Assembly (NCBI GenBank): GCA_021730785.1
Contig: JAKFWF010000049.1
Location: 136,025 to 200,024, forward strand
Reading direction: 5' to 3'
Source: Hyphomicrobiaceae bacterium
GTDB lineage: Bacteria; Pseudomonadota; Alphaproteobacteria; Rhizobiales; Hyphomicrobiaceae
Length of the DNA stretch: 64,000 nt
The notes beneath the pieces are model-generated. The model was not told where the DNA came from. It ran no database searches and worked only from the letters and a program-made list of their open reading frames with translations. Made by a program: the position numbers and the translations under genes. Shown one piece after another: positions 1-8,829 of this stretch (positions within the stretch are counted from its first letter, which is position 1; each line of letters begins with the position of its first letter).

Positions 1-938
1 GGGAGGCGCGGATCGAGCGTCCAGGTTTCAGTGCGGCAGCCGCCTACGTCGAACCTCAGGCCGCCCCACGCCAGCAGCAACCCAGCCGTGCCGCGGCAGG
101 CCTGCGGGATGCGGATATGATCCCGGCCCAGGCGTCGGCCCCGCAGCAACCACCGCAGCAGCGCCGTCCGTCGATCGACCCGCGTCTGCAGGCGCATGTG
201 GCGCCGCCGCAGTATGCGGCGCCCGCACAGCCGGCGCGGGCGCCGCAGGCGCCGGTCCAGCCGCAAATGGCAGCGCCCGTGCATGCCGCCCCGCGTGCGG
301 CAGACCAGGCGTCCGAGTTGCAGCAGTCGATCGCCCGCATTCACGATGCCAGCCAGGCTCCTCCCCTGTCGCCGCCGGAATATCGCATCCTGTTCGAGGT
401 CCTGGCGCAGGAAATCACCGAGCGCGGATTGCTCGGCGCGCAGACCTTGACCAACATCATCGCTCGCGCCCACGAGTTAAATCTCGAGGTCCGTCGTGAC
501 GACGTGCGTTTCGTCGTGGAGGTGGTGAGCGAGCAGGACCCCTGGTTCGAGCAAGGGGCATCCGCCAGCCTGTTCTCAAGCCGGTTCCGCAACTATGTGG
601 CGGGTCGATGCCGCGATCAGGGGCTCAATCTGTCGGCCGAGGAGATCGATCTGATCGATGCTTGGTTCACAGGATCGACTGTGCAGCAGTCCGCACCAGT
701 CGCCCATCCGGCACCAGTCCAGCAGCGCCAGCCCTCGTCACGCACCGCAGCGGCACCAGCCGTATCGCCGCAGGATCGCTGGTGGAGCAACGAGGAAGCC
801 CGCGCACAGGGCGCCCAGCAGCAGGGGCCCGGCCGTGGGTCGACGCCGCAGCAAGGTAACGGCTACGGCGATCAGACGCCTGAATTCGGGACGCCCGACG
901 AGTTCCCGCGCATCGTGAAGAACCGTCTGCGCGGATAA
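1..938 (+). CDS. hypothetical Pro/Gln/Ala-rich protein; the 5' end probably lies outside the window
   Basis: The frame is open from nt 3 to the TAA at 936-938, and the ATG at 117 is only the first ATG inside the window. Low-complexity ends (PQQPPQQ, APAQPARAPQAPVQPQ, QQQGPGRGSTPQQGNG) flank a globular-looking core (EYRILFEVLAQEITERGLL...DPWFEQG). No family recognised. Confidence 0.5.
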   Translation, partial: EARIERPGFSAAAAYVEPQAAPRQQQPSRAAAGLRDADMIPAQASAPQQPPQQRRPSIDPRLQAHVAPPQYAAPAQPARAPQAPVQPQMAAPVHAAPRAADQASELQQSIARIHDASQAPPLSPPEYRILFEVLAQEITERGLLGAQTLTNIIARAHELNLEVRRDDVRFVVEVVSEQDPWFEQGASASLFSSRFRNYVAGRCRDQGLNLSAEEIDLIDAWFTGSTVQQSAPVAHPAPVQQRQPSSRTAAAPAVSPQDRWWSNEEARAQGAQQQGPGRGSTPQQGNGYGDQTPEFGTPDEFPRIVKNRLRG

Positions 939-1074
939 GCTGTGGAAATGAAATAACAATCGGGTGCGAGCTCAACCGGCTTCGCGCCCGATTTGCAGGA
1001 GCGCCGGTGCAACCGCGCCCCTCATGGCCGGCAGCGGCGCTCTGAGTGCTGCATCGCGGGGCGAGCTCAGCGCA

Positions 1075-1797
1075 TCAACGGTTCAATGTTGCGCGCGCTG
1101 GCTGCGGCTTTGACGACACGTCGATGATCACGCCGCCGCCCGGCGCCGGCCGCAAGGTGAACAGATCGCCATCGCGGGCCAGATATCGACCCGACAGCCG
1201 GCGTCCGAGCAGCGGCGGTCCGGCGCGCTCGAACACCAGTGGGTCGGGTGTGCACGCGTTGTGCGTGATCACCTCGCGCGGCGACGCTTCATGTGACTGG
1301 CCGCTGAACGTGTAGGTGACGCGGTCGGTCAGGCCGTTCTGGATCTTGAACTCGTATTTGAGCGTTTCCGGCCGCCCGAACAGCTGCACGGAGAGGTATT
1401 TCTCCTCGCCGCGAACCTTGGCGATTCCAACGCCGATCTCGGTGACATGGGGGGTCACCAGGTTGCGGCGGTGTCCGGGCGACTCTTTCCAGCCTTCGAC
1501 GGCATCGCGCGCGAGCTGGCGGGTCTCGAAACCCCGGCTATCGAGATTGAGCGAAAGGTTTTCCGTCACGATGCAATAGCGATAGCCGGCGCTGGTGGCC
1601 CGGTCAGAGTGGCGGCGCCCGTCCGCCGTGTGTGAGAACAAGTCGGACGCCGCGAGAAAGCGCGCGTAGGCGCGGGCAGCCTCGGTGAGCTTGGCGTCGA
1701 CCGTGACCGGGCTCAGCTTCTGCTCAGCCCGAAACGCGTTCGTCAGCTCGACAATTGCGATCTCGGCCTGGAGGATGTCGGGCGTCAGCACAGTCAT
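1075..1797 (-). CDS. CAP/SCP (PR-1-like, YkwD-type) domain protein with a C-terminal extension
   Basis: CAP-like blocks are present: LTNAFRAEQKLSPV, AARAYARFLAASDLFSHT, GYRYCIVTENL, AVEGWKESPGHRRNLV, THVTEIGVG. The start is uncertain (ATG at 1797 or TTG at 1845), with no clear SD sequence for either. No signal peptide is visible. Confidence 0.7.
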   Translation of the reverse strand: MTVLTPDILQAEIAIVELTNAFRAEQKLSPVTVDAKLTEAARAYARFLAASDLFSHTADGRRHSDRATSAGYRYCIVTENLSLNLDSRGFETRQLARDAVEGWKESPGHRRNLVTPHVTEIGVGIAKVRGEEKYLSVQLFGRPETLKYEFKIQNGLTDRVTYTFSGQSHEASPREVITHNACTPDPLVFERAGPPLLGRRLSGRYLARDGDLFTLRPAPGGGVIIDVSSKPQPARATLNR

Positions 1798-2087
1798 GGC
1801 GGGAACGGAGGGCTCACCGTTAACGATGTCACGCACTGTGCCCAAGATTGTGGGCGAAGCGGGGCAGCGCGCCGAGGTTTACTCTTAAGCACAGGCTGCG
1901 ACGACGCTCCACTTGATCTGGATTGGCACTGGTTGCACACGTCTGGCATCATGTCCGCTACCCGCGTGCCGTCACTGTTATACCAATCCGCCTTGCGGCG
2001 GTGCGCCCGGTGGCGTTTCTGGTGCTGCGGGCACACATGCTACGCTGGCGCAGTCGACCGTCACGATACCACAAGGAACTCCAGTTG

Positions 2088-2624
2088 ATGTATCGGATCA
2101 TCTTGCGTTGTGCGATGCTCGCCGCCGTTGCCCTGGCGTCGTTCGCGCTACCAGCGTTCGCCAACGAGTATCAGGCCGGAGCGATCAAGATCAGCCGTCC
2201 CTGGACGAGGTTGCCGCCGGCGGCCGCCAAGGTGGCAGGTGGCTATATGACGCTGACCAACACAGGGACGGTGCCTGATCGCCTGATCGGCGGCACGGTC
2301 GTCACTGCCGCTCGCTTCGAAATCCATGAGATGTCCGTCAACGACGGCGTCATGCGCATGCGTCAGTTGGATCGCGGGCTCGAAATCAAGCCTGGCGAGA
2401 CGGTGGTCTTGAAGCCCGGCGCCTTCCACGTCATGTTCCTGGACCTGTCCGCGCCGCTGGAAACGGGCAAGAAAGTGAAGGGCACGCTCGTGTTCGAAAA
2501 GAGTGGTACCGTCGAGGTCGAATACAAGGTCGAGGCGGCTGGTGCCACATCGTCCGGTCAGCATAGTCATGGCGCACCGGCTGCTGGCTCGCATTCGGGA
2601 GCAGGCAGCCATGCAAACCACTAA
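2088..2624 (+). CDS. periplasmic copper chaperone PCu(A)C (DUF461) with a His-rich C-terminal tail
   Basis: The ATG at 2088 gives the signal peptide MYRIILRCAMLAAVALASFALPAFA. Cu(I)-site residues are present (IHEMSVNDGVMRM ... FHVM). The tail is GQHSHGAPAAGSHSGAGSHANH. The longer track ORF starting at 1923 was rejected. Confidence 0.85.
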   Translation: MYRIILRCAMLAAVALASFALPAFANEYQAGAIKISRPWTRLPPAAAKVAGGYMTLTNTGTVPDRLIGGTVVTAARFEIHEMSVNDGVMRMRQLDRGLEIKPGETVVLKPGAFHVMFLDLSAPLETGKKVKGTLVFEKSGTVEVEYKVEAAGATSSGQHSHGAPAAGSHSGAGSHANH

Positions 2625-3231
2625 CCTGTTGCGGACGATCCGGCTCACCGCATGGATCGCCGTTGCGGTTTGCCTGACGGGGGCTGGCATATATTTCATC
2701 ACGGCGCGGGCGCCCGACATCCAGCGGGTGATCGGGGGCGCAGCGGGCATCGGTGGTCCGTTCCAGTTGACCGCCCACACCGGCCAGCCGGTCACCGAGC
2801 GTGATCTCGCCGGCAAGCCCTATGCGATCTTCTTCGGCTTCACGCGGTGCCCGGACGTGTGCCCGACCACGCTGCTTGACATGACGAGCCGGCTTGAAGA
2901 GCTCCAGGGCGACGCCGACAAGCTGCGCATCCTGTTCGTGTCGATCGACCCGGAGCGCGACAGTCCGGAGTTTCTTGCCGACTACATGAAGTCATTCGAC
3001 AAGCGCATCACCGCGCTGACCGGCACCACGGCACAGGTGGCCTCGATCGCCAAGGCCTACCGCGTGATCTATGAGAAAGTGCCGGGCGGCGGTCGCGATT
3101 ACACCATGAACCACACGGCAACCGTTTACCTGTTCGATGCCAAGGGCGGCTTCGTCAGTACCATCGCCTATCAGGAAAACGAGAAGAACCAGCGCGCCAA
3201 GCTGCGCCGGTTGATCAGATTGGCGGGATAG
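2611..3231 (+). CDS. SCO1/SenC family copper-binding thioredoxin-like protein
   Basis: The ATG at 2611 overlaps the PCuAC stop (2622-2624) by 14 nt. There is an N-terminal TM anchor (LTAWIAVAVCLTGAGIYFI), the CxxxC motif FTRCPDVCP and a downstream NHT His. Confidence 0.9.
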   Translation: MQTTNLLRTIRLTAWIAVAVCLTGAGIYFITARAPDIQRVIGGAAGIGGPFQLTAHTGQPVTERDLAGKPYAIFFGFTRCPDVCPTTLLDMTSRLEELQGDADKLRILFVSIDPERDSPEFLADYMKSFDKRITALTGTTAQVASIAKAYRVIYEKVPGGGRDYTMNHTATVYLFDAKGGFVSTIAYQENEKNQRAKLRRLIRLAG

Positions 3232-3249
3232 AGCCAGCGGTGCCGCGTC

Positions 3250-3540
3250 TCAGCGGGCGCTGCGTTCCTTGTCGCGCTGCCAGTAGATGAAGGCGACCGT
3301 GGTGGCGGCGGTCAGCAGGATGGTGGCGAAAATATCGCCGCGCTGGACGAATTTGATCCACACGCCGGCCCACTGCACCAACGTGCCGCGCCCGGTGAGC
3401 ATGCCGTTGGTGACCATCAGGAGGCCAATGACGCTGGCGCTCAACGCTGCCCCGCACGCGACTTGCACCAGGCGCTTGATCGCCTTCGATACCGAGAATT
3501 TGCCACCCGGCGTTACCAGCATCGTCTTCACGTCGGCCAT
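3250..3540 (-). CDS. small membrane protein of unknown function (96 aa)
   Basis: The ATG at 3540 is preceded by AGGAG with 6-nt spacing. Third-codon-position GC is high. Two hydrophobic segments are present (VACGAALSASVIGLLMV, IFATILLTAATTVAFIYW). No family recognised. Confidence 0.6.
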   Translation of the reverse strand: MADVKTMLVTPGGKFSVSKAIKRLVQVACGAALSASVIGLLMVTNGMLTGRGTLVQWAGVWIKFVQRGDIFATILLTAATTVAFIYWQRDKERSAR

Positions 3541-3612
3541 CGCGCGCTCCTGCTCGATCAAGGCTGTGGATAAGCCTATAGCTGATTCGCGCACCGGCGT
3601 TGCAGGCGTCGT

Positions 3613-5931
3613 TCAGCGCCGCCCCGGTCCGCGCCGCTTGCGAACGCCCGGCATGCGCTTCGGCCGCCACCCCTTCATCAGGCTGACGTGTCCCTTTTTC
3701 GCCTCGCTCATCATCTCGAAGCGCATGGCGCCCGCACTCGGGATCACCTCGATCAGCTTGACTTCGACCTCGTCGCCGAGCCGGAACGCGCCGCCGGTGC
3801 GGGTGCCGACCAGCGACTGCAACTCTTCCGCGTATTCGAAGAATTCCTGACCCAAGGTCGACACCGGAATGAAGCCGTTGGCGCCGGTTTCCTTCAGCCG
3901 CACGAACAGGCCGGAGCGGGTGACGCCAGCGATGCGGGCGGCAAACGTCGCGTTGATCCGGTCGGCGAGGTGGGACGCGATCAGCCGGTCGGTTGTCTCG
4001 CGCTCGGCCGCCATCGCGCGTCGCTCGGCATCCGAGATCTGCTTTGCGACATCGCGCAGGCGGGACTTTTCGACGGCCTCCATGCCGCCCTCGCCGAGTT
4101 TGCAAGCGGCCACCAGGGCCCGGTGCACGAGCAGGTCTGCATAGCGCCGGATCGGCGAGGTGAAGTGGGCGTATTTCAACAGGTTGAGTCCGAAGTGGCC
4201 ATAGTTGTCGACGGCGTATTCGGCCTGCGCCTGGGACCGCAGCACGATCTCGTTGACGAGTTCGGGCACTTCGACGCCCTTGGCATCGGCCAGCACCTTG
4301 TTGAACATGGCAGCCTTCACCGCGCCTGAGCCTGGAAAGGTGAGCTTCAGGCTGTCGAGTACGTCCTTCAGCGACTTCAGCTTCTCTTTCGAGGGCTGGT
4401 CGTGCACGCGATAGACGCATAGGCTTTTCAATTGCTCGAGCGTTTCGGCAGCGGCGACATTCGCCTGGATCATACACTCTTCGATCAGCCGGTGGGCGAC
4501 AAGGCGTTCGGGAATGAACACGCCCTTCACGCGGCCCTGGTCGTCGAGGATGATCTTGCGCTCGGGCAGATCGAGATCTAGGGGGCCGCGCCGATCACGC
4601 GCCCGGGCAAGCGCCGCATAGGCAGCCCACAACGGTTTCAGTGCAGTTTCGAGGAGTGGTGCTGCCTTGGCCGACGGCTGACCGTCGATCGCCGCCTGCG
4701 CCTCCTGGTAGCTGAGCTTGGCGGCCGACCGCATCATCGCGCGTAGGAACGTATGGCTCCGCTTCTGGCCGTTGCGGTCGAAGATGAGGCGCACGACGAG
4801 ACAGGCGCGGTCTTCCCCTTCGCGAAGGCTGCACAGATCATTCGAGATGCGCTCGGGCAGCATCGGCACCACGCGGTCGGGGAAATAGACCGAGTTGCCG
4901 CGCAATTGTGCCTCGCGGTCGAGCTTGGTGCCGGCGCGCACGAAATGCGCGACGTCGGCGATCGCCACGTGGACGATGAAGCCGCCTGCGTTGTTTGGGT
5001 CCGGATCTGGGTTCGCGTGCACGGCGTCGTCGTGATCGCGCGCGTCCACGGGATCGATCGTCAGCAGCTGCAGCTGGCGCAAGTCGACGCGTCCGTCCAT
5101 GGCCGGCGACTGCAGCGCCTCCGCTTCGATCACCACGCTCTCTGGGAAGTCGTCCGGGATGCCGTGGGCGTGGACGGCGATCAAGCTGATCTTGCGGCTG
5201 TCGGAGGGATTGCCGAGCACTTCGACGACGCGCGCCTGGGGGATCGCGTTACGGCCGCGCCGGGCGAGGTCGAAGCGGACGAGATCGCCGTCACGCGCGT
5301 CGCCCTCATCGCCCTTCTGCAGTGCCCACTCGCGCAGCTCCGAGCGATTGATCGGCTGGATCGCCCCGCCACCGCGGGTGTGTGTGCGGAAGATACCGAG
5401 CAGGCGCCGCTTCTCGCGCGGCAGCCGCTTGATGGCGATCCCGGTGTGCGCGATGTCGCCTTCGGCTGTGTCGAGGGGGGAAATGCGCGCGAGCACGCGG
5501 TCGCCGATGCCGATCGCGGGTCCGCCCTCGCCCTCGATTGTATCGGGGACGCTGAGACGCAGTTTCGGGCGCTCGGCTTCCTCGTTGTCCCACACGACCG
5601 GCTCAGCGATCAACTCGCCGTCGCCGTCGCGGGCAATGACTTCAACGGTTGCGACGGGGGGCAGGGCGCCCTTTTCACGGAACTCGCGGCGGTTGCCGGC
5701 CAGTTTCCCTTCGCGCGACAGTTCGCCGAGGATCTGCTTCAGCTTCACGCGCCCGTCACCGGTGATGCCGAACGCGCGCGCAATCTCGCGCTTACCCACC
5801 GTCTCATCGGCGCTGCGGATGAAGTCAAGGATCTGTTCAGGCGTCGGGAAGGACTGGGGGGGAGCGGGCTTGATCGATTCGTGCTGTGGTTTCGCAGCAA
5901 CGGCTTTGCCGGACTTGGAACGTTGTGCCAC
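3613..5931 (-). CDS. rnr: ribonuclease R (RNB-family 3'-5' exoribonuclease, VacB)
   Basis: It has an N-terminal winged-helix/cold-shock region, an RNB catalytic block (IDPVDARDHDDAVH ... VYFPDRVVPMLPE) and a C-terminal S1 domain plus a basic tail (GRRPKRMPGVRKRRGPGRR). The start is assigned to the GTG at 5931, preceded by GGGAG with 5-nt spacing. The track ORF extends to a TTG at 6108. Confidence 0.9.
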   Translation of the reverse strand: MAQRSKSGKAVAAKPQHESIKPAPPQSFPTPEQILDFIRSADETVGKREIARAFGITGDGRVKLKQILGELSREGKLAGNRREFREKGALPPVATVEVIARDGDGELIAEPVVWDNEEAERPKLRLSVPDTIEGEGGPAIGIGDRVLARISPLDTAEGDIAHTGIAIKRLPREKRRLLGIFRTHTRGGGAIQPINRSELREWALQKGDEGDARDGDLVRFDLARRGRNAIPQARVVEVLGNPSDSRKISLIAVHAHGIPDDFPESVVIEAEALQSPAMDGRVDLRQLQLLTIDPVDARDHDDAVHANPDPDPNNAGGFIVHVAIADVAHFVRAGTKLDREAQLRGNSVYFPDRVVPMLPERISNDLCSLREGEDRACLVVRLIFDRNGQKRSHTFLRAMMRSAAKLSYQEAQAAIDGQPSAKAAPLLETALKPLWAAYAALARARDRRGPLDLDLPERKIILDDQGRVKGVFIPERLVAHRLIEECMIQANVAAAETLEQLKSLCVYRVHDQPSKEKLKSLKDVLDSLKLTFPGSGAVKAAMFNKVLADAKGVEVPELVNEIVLRSQAQAEYAVDNYGHFGLNLLKYAHFTSPIRRYADLLVHRALVAACKLGEGGMEAVEKSRLRDVAKQISDAERRAMAAERETTDRLIASHLADRINATFAARIAGVTRSGLFVRLKETGANGFIPVSTLGQEFFEYAEELQSLVGTRTGGAFRLGDEVEVKLIEVIPSAGAMRFEMMSEAKKGHVSLMKGWRPKRMPGVRKRRGPGRR

Positions 5932-6596
5932 GATCACTCCCGGTTGTGTGCGCAGGCGCTGGTCTGCGGAATATGACCTGCCGTGACTGTGATAGCATGA
6001 CCTGCGCGCGACAGTAGCCCGAGGGTGCGCGGGACTCAAACCGATATGGTTCGTCCAGGATGCAGTGGAAGGATTGGCCTTCGTTTTCACCGTTTGGTGC
6101 CCGCCCAAATGCGATAGCGCCGTTCAAGGGGGAGGACGCGAAAAACTTCGAAGTTCAACGGGTTTGCTCTTGCGCAGTCGACACGGCGCGTCGTGCAAGC
6201 AGTTGCCCTGCCGTCGAGATCTGCTCGAGCTTGACACGAATAATGGCCTGCCGGAAAGCTCCTCCGCTTGGCTCGCGAGCGACCGGGAGACTAACAACGC
6301 GCAGGGTGGACGTGTCCTCCACGACTGGCGCGTGGCCGGGGCGCGCAGGGGTTAGGATCTGGGGTGTCGGGCCGAAAGAATTGGAGCTGAAATGGTGCTG
6401 TCCCAGTCCGACGTGATTTCGGCCACGCCCGTCGATCTCACTCTGCCTCCGGCGGGCGACACCTATGATCCAGCAGCTGATGCAAACCGATTGCCGGACG
6501 AGGCATAATCGTCCCCACGGGAATCGATTTGCCACTGCGGGACGGGTTCGGTTCGATCGATGAGCCAACCACGTCCAGGGGATAGCCACGATCTGT

Positions 6597-7265
6597 TCAC
6601 CGGGGGGCAAGGCCAAATCTTCTGGCGGCGCGAGAGGTTCTGCCCCCTGTTGCCAGCCGGATGATCTGGCGGCTGGACATGACCTTCGCCCGCCCTGCCA
6701 GCCGCATGACGGGCACCGAATGCATGCCGCCCGCACGGGGTGCTCGCAGGAGCAGGGGCTGGCGATCCCGTGCCGCGTCGATCCAGATCACAGGGCGGCC
6801 GATGTCGAGGGCGTATTGAATGATCTCGGGCGTGCCCCCGCGGCCGGCAGCGGCTTTTCCATCCCAGACGGTCACCAGGATATCGCAGCCATCGACCGTC
6901 AGCCGTCCAGCGGCTTCATAGGCGGCAGTACTGTCGGCGAGAGTGCCAGGGTGCACCGTCACCTCGCAGGCCCGCGCGAGCAGCGTCCGATAGGTCGGCG
7001 TATCGGCCTGGTCGCCAAACGTGGTCTCGTAGTCGGTCGACACGAACGGCAGGATGGCATGGAGGCTGAAGCCCATGCCAAGGGCTGCCTCTGCAAACAG
7101 TCGGTCCGAACCCTCGGCCAGCGCGGAAATGGCGATCGGCCGGGCGACCTTTGCATCCAGGCAACCCCTTCGCAGGGCGCGCAATGCCGCTCGAAGCCGC
7201 GCCTCGACGCGCGCCACACCGATATGCATCCGATTGGGCCGGTGGCCGGTGATGCCTAGTTTCAT
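6597..7265 (-). CDS. SLOG-fold (SMF/DprA-LOG, YpsA/LD-cluster-like) putative nucleotide-binding protein
   Basis: The N-terminal MKLGITGHRPNR is followed by ISALAEGSDRLFAEAAL, ILPF and CDILVTVWDGKAAAGRGGTPEIIQYALDIGRPVIWI. This is the G-x-TGHR ... GxD ... WDG..(G)GT pattern I associate with SLOG/DUF1273-type Rossmannoid proteins. Its ATG (7265-7263) overlaps the TGA of the upstream small ORF (ATGA). Confidence 0.6.
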   Translation of the reverse strand: MKLGITGHRPNRMHIGVARVEARLRAALRALRRGCLDAKVARPIAISALAEGSDRLFAEAALGMGFSLHAILPFVSTDYETTFGDQADTPTYRTLLARACEVTVHPGTLADSTAAYEAAGRLTVDGCDILVTVWDGKAAAGRGGTPEIIQYALDIGRPVIWIDAARDRQPLLLRAPRAGGMHSVPVMRLAGRAKVMSSRQIIRLATGGRTSRAARRFGLAPR

Positions 7266-7516
7266 AACACCTCGTCCGCCGCAACACTGTACGCGAATGC
7301 CGCTGGAAAATCCGCAGCCGACATTTGTTGGCACGCCGCCTCCCTCGCCAGTTCGTAGAGGCGCGCGATGTTCTTCGATTGCGCGAAACTCTGCAACCCA
7401 GCCAATTCTCCGGCCGATGCGGTAACCTTCCGGCCGGCGCTCAAGAGATCGACTTCGAGCTTGATGTCATAAAGCTGGAACGACAGCAGGGCTGCGGCAG
7501 CAGCAGACACCCGCAC
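7262..7516 (-). CDS. small helical hypothetical protein (84 aa), translationally coupled to the SLOG gene
   Basis: It has a GTG start at 7516 with no convincing SD sequence. Third-codon-position GC is about 69 percent by hand count. Its stop overlaps the SLOG start codon by 4 nt (ATGA). No family recognised. Confidence 0.35.
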   Translation of the reverse strand: MRVSAAAAALLSFQLYDIKLEVDLLSAGRKVTASAGELAGLQSFAQSKNIARLYELAREAACQQMSAADFPAAFAYSVAADEVL

Positions 7517-7538
7517 CCGCAGCAGGCGGAGCGGTAGA

Positions 7539-8177
7539 TTACCGGGGCGCCGCCGGTCTCGCCGGCATCAGCGCATCGTCGATCTCTTTGGCGCGAACGG
7601 CGGCTGGCCGTTGCGATACGCGTTGCCAGTAGCGCTCGAACGCGGGGCGGTTTTCCACACCGCCGAACTGCATGCCCCAGCCGAGGTGCGAGCCAAGGTA
7701 GACGTCGGCCGCGCTGAAACGATCGTCGATCACATAGTCCTGGCGTGACAGCAGCTCATCGAGCGTCGCCATCACGTCCGCATGGCGGCCATAGCCGGCC
7801 ATCATCTCCTTGCCGGCTGGAACCTCGAAGCCGAGCCCTTTGTTCGTTACCGCGGCCTCGAGTGGCCCTGCCGCATAGAACAGCCAGCGATAGTAGGTGC
7901 CGCGCAGCCGGTCACCAGGGGGCGGCGCTAGGCCCGCGCCCGGAAATGCGTCGGCGAGATAGGTGCAGATGGCGGCGCATTCTGTCACGACCGTATCGCC
8001 GTGACGGAGCGCGGGTACCTTGCCCATCGGATTGATCGCGAGATAGGCGGGCGCCTTCATCGTGGTCGCGTACTCGAGAAGCTCGGTGCGGTAGGGCTGG
8101 CCGACTTCTTCCAGCATCCAGCGCACGATGCGGCCGCGCGACATGGGGTGGGTGTAGAAGACGAGGTCGTCGGTCAT
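7539..8177 (-). CDS. glutathione S-transferase family protein
   Basis: GST N-domain signature (INPMGKVPALRHGDTVVTECAAICTYLAD) plus a helical C-domain. The ATG is preceded by GGAG with 8-nt spacing. Confidence 0.9.
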   Translation of the reverse strand: MTDDLVFYTHPMSRGRIVRWMLEEVGQPYRTELLEYATTMKAPAYLAINPMGKVPALRHGDTVVTECAAICTYLADAFPGAGLAPPPGDRLRGTYYRWLFYAAGPLEAAVTNKGLGFEVPAGKEMMAGYGRHADVMATLDELLSRQDYVIDDRFSAADVYLGSHLGWGMQFGGVENRPAFERYWQRVSQRPAAVRAKEIDDALMPARPAAPR

Positions 8178-8246
8178 GACAAGGCTCCGTGAGGATTGCT
8201 TGCTCCCGGGGCAGGGAAGCGCAAATGGTAACGATTGCGCTCGGCG

Positions 8247-8783
8247 TCACCGCTCCGCGATCGACTTCAGATCATCCAAGCCCTTTTCGAACTGAGCGCC
8301 GACCATCTTGTCGCAATCGATGAAGACGGTCATCAGTTTGGCCATGAACGGCTGCCGTCCGCTCATCATCCAACTGACATTGGTGCCGGTGCCGCTCGCC
8401 GCCAGCGTGAACTGCACGGTGTTATCGGCCTTCATCGGCTTCACCATTTCGAGCCGCATTACGATCCTGCCGGGCGCCACGGCGTCGATCACCGAAATGC
8501 GCCCCTCGCCGACCCGGCTGTTGCCGCGCCAAGTGTGGGCAGCCCCGGTGCCGCTCTCAGGGCCGCTGTAGGTTACCTTGATCGCCGGATCCGCCTGCAC
8601 GAACGGGTTCCAGGTGTTCATCGCTTGCAGATTGGCGATCAGCGGATAAACGCGTTCAGCCGGCGCTGCAATGTGCTTCATGCGCTGGAAGCTGAACGTA
8701 TCGGGACGGGTGGCGGCGTAGGCGAGTATCACACCGACCAGTCCGGCAACGGCCAGGACGACGAGGGTGAATGTATCGAACAT
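8247..8783 (-). CDS. SRPBCC (START/polyketide-cyclase-like) family protein with an N-terminal TM anchor
   Basis: The ATG is preceded by AAGGAG. It has the N-terminal helix FTLVVLAVAGLVGVILAY and a body typical of SRPBCC proteins (APAERVYPLIANLQAMNTWNPF ... FEKGLDDLKSIAE). Confidence 0.8.
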   Translation of the reverse strand: MFDTFTLVVLAVAGLVGVILAYAATRPDTFSFQRMKHIAAPAERVYPLIANLQAMNTWNPFVQADPAIKVTYSGPESGTGAAHTWRGNSRVGEGRISVIDAVAPGRIVMRLEMVKPMKADNTVQFTLAASGTGTNVSWMMSGRQPFMAKLMTVFIDCDKMVGAQFEKGLDDLKSIAER

Positions 8784-8829
8784 CGTAACGGCTCCTTCGC
8801 GATCAATCGACCTGCAACCATCCCGGCAT

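Noticed and set aside
3215-4477. 420-aa minus-strand ORF overlapping rnr and the small membrane-protein gene
   Set aside because: It is an alternate frame of rnr with extreme Arg/Gly/Pro content and spans two real genes and their spacer.
6155-6736. 193-aa minus-strand ORF downstream of, and overlapping, the SLOG gene
   Set aside because: The translation is Cys/Arg/Trp/Gly-rich with modest third-position GC. It overlaps the SLOG gene's 3' end in another frame and has no SD sequence. I kept it only as part of the gene-poor-region finding.
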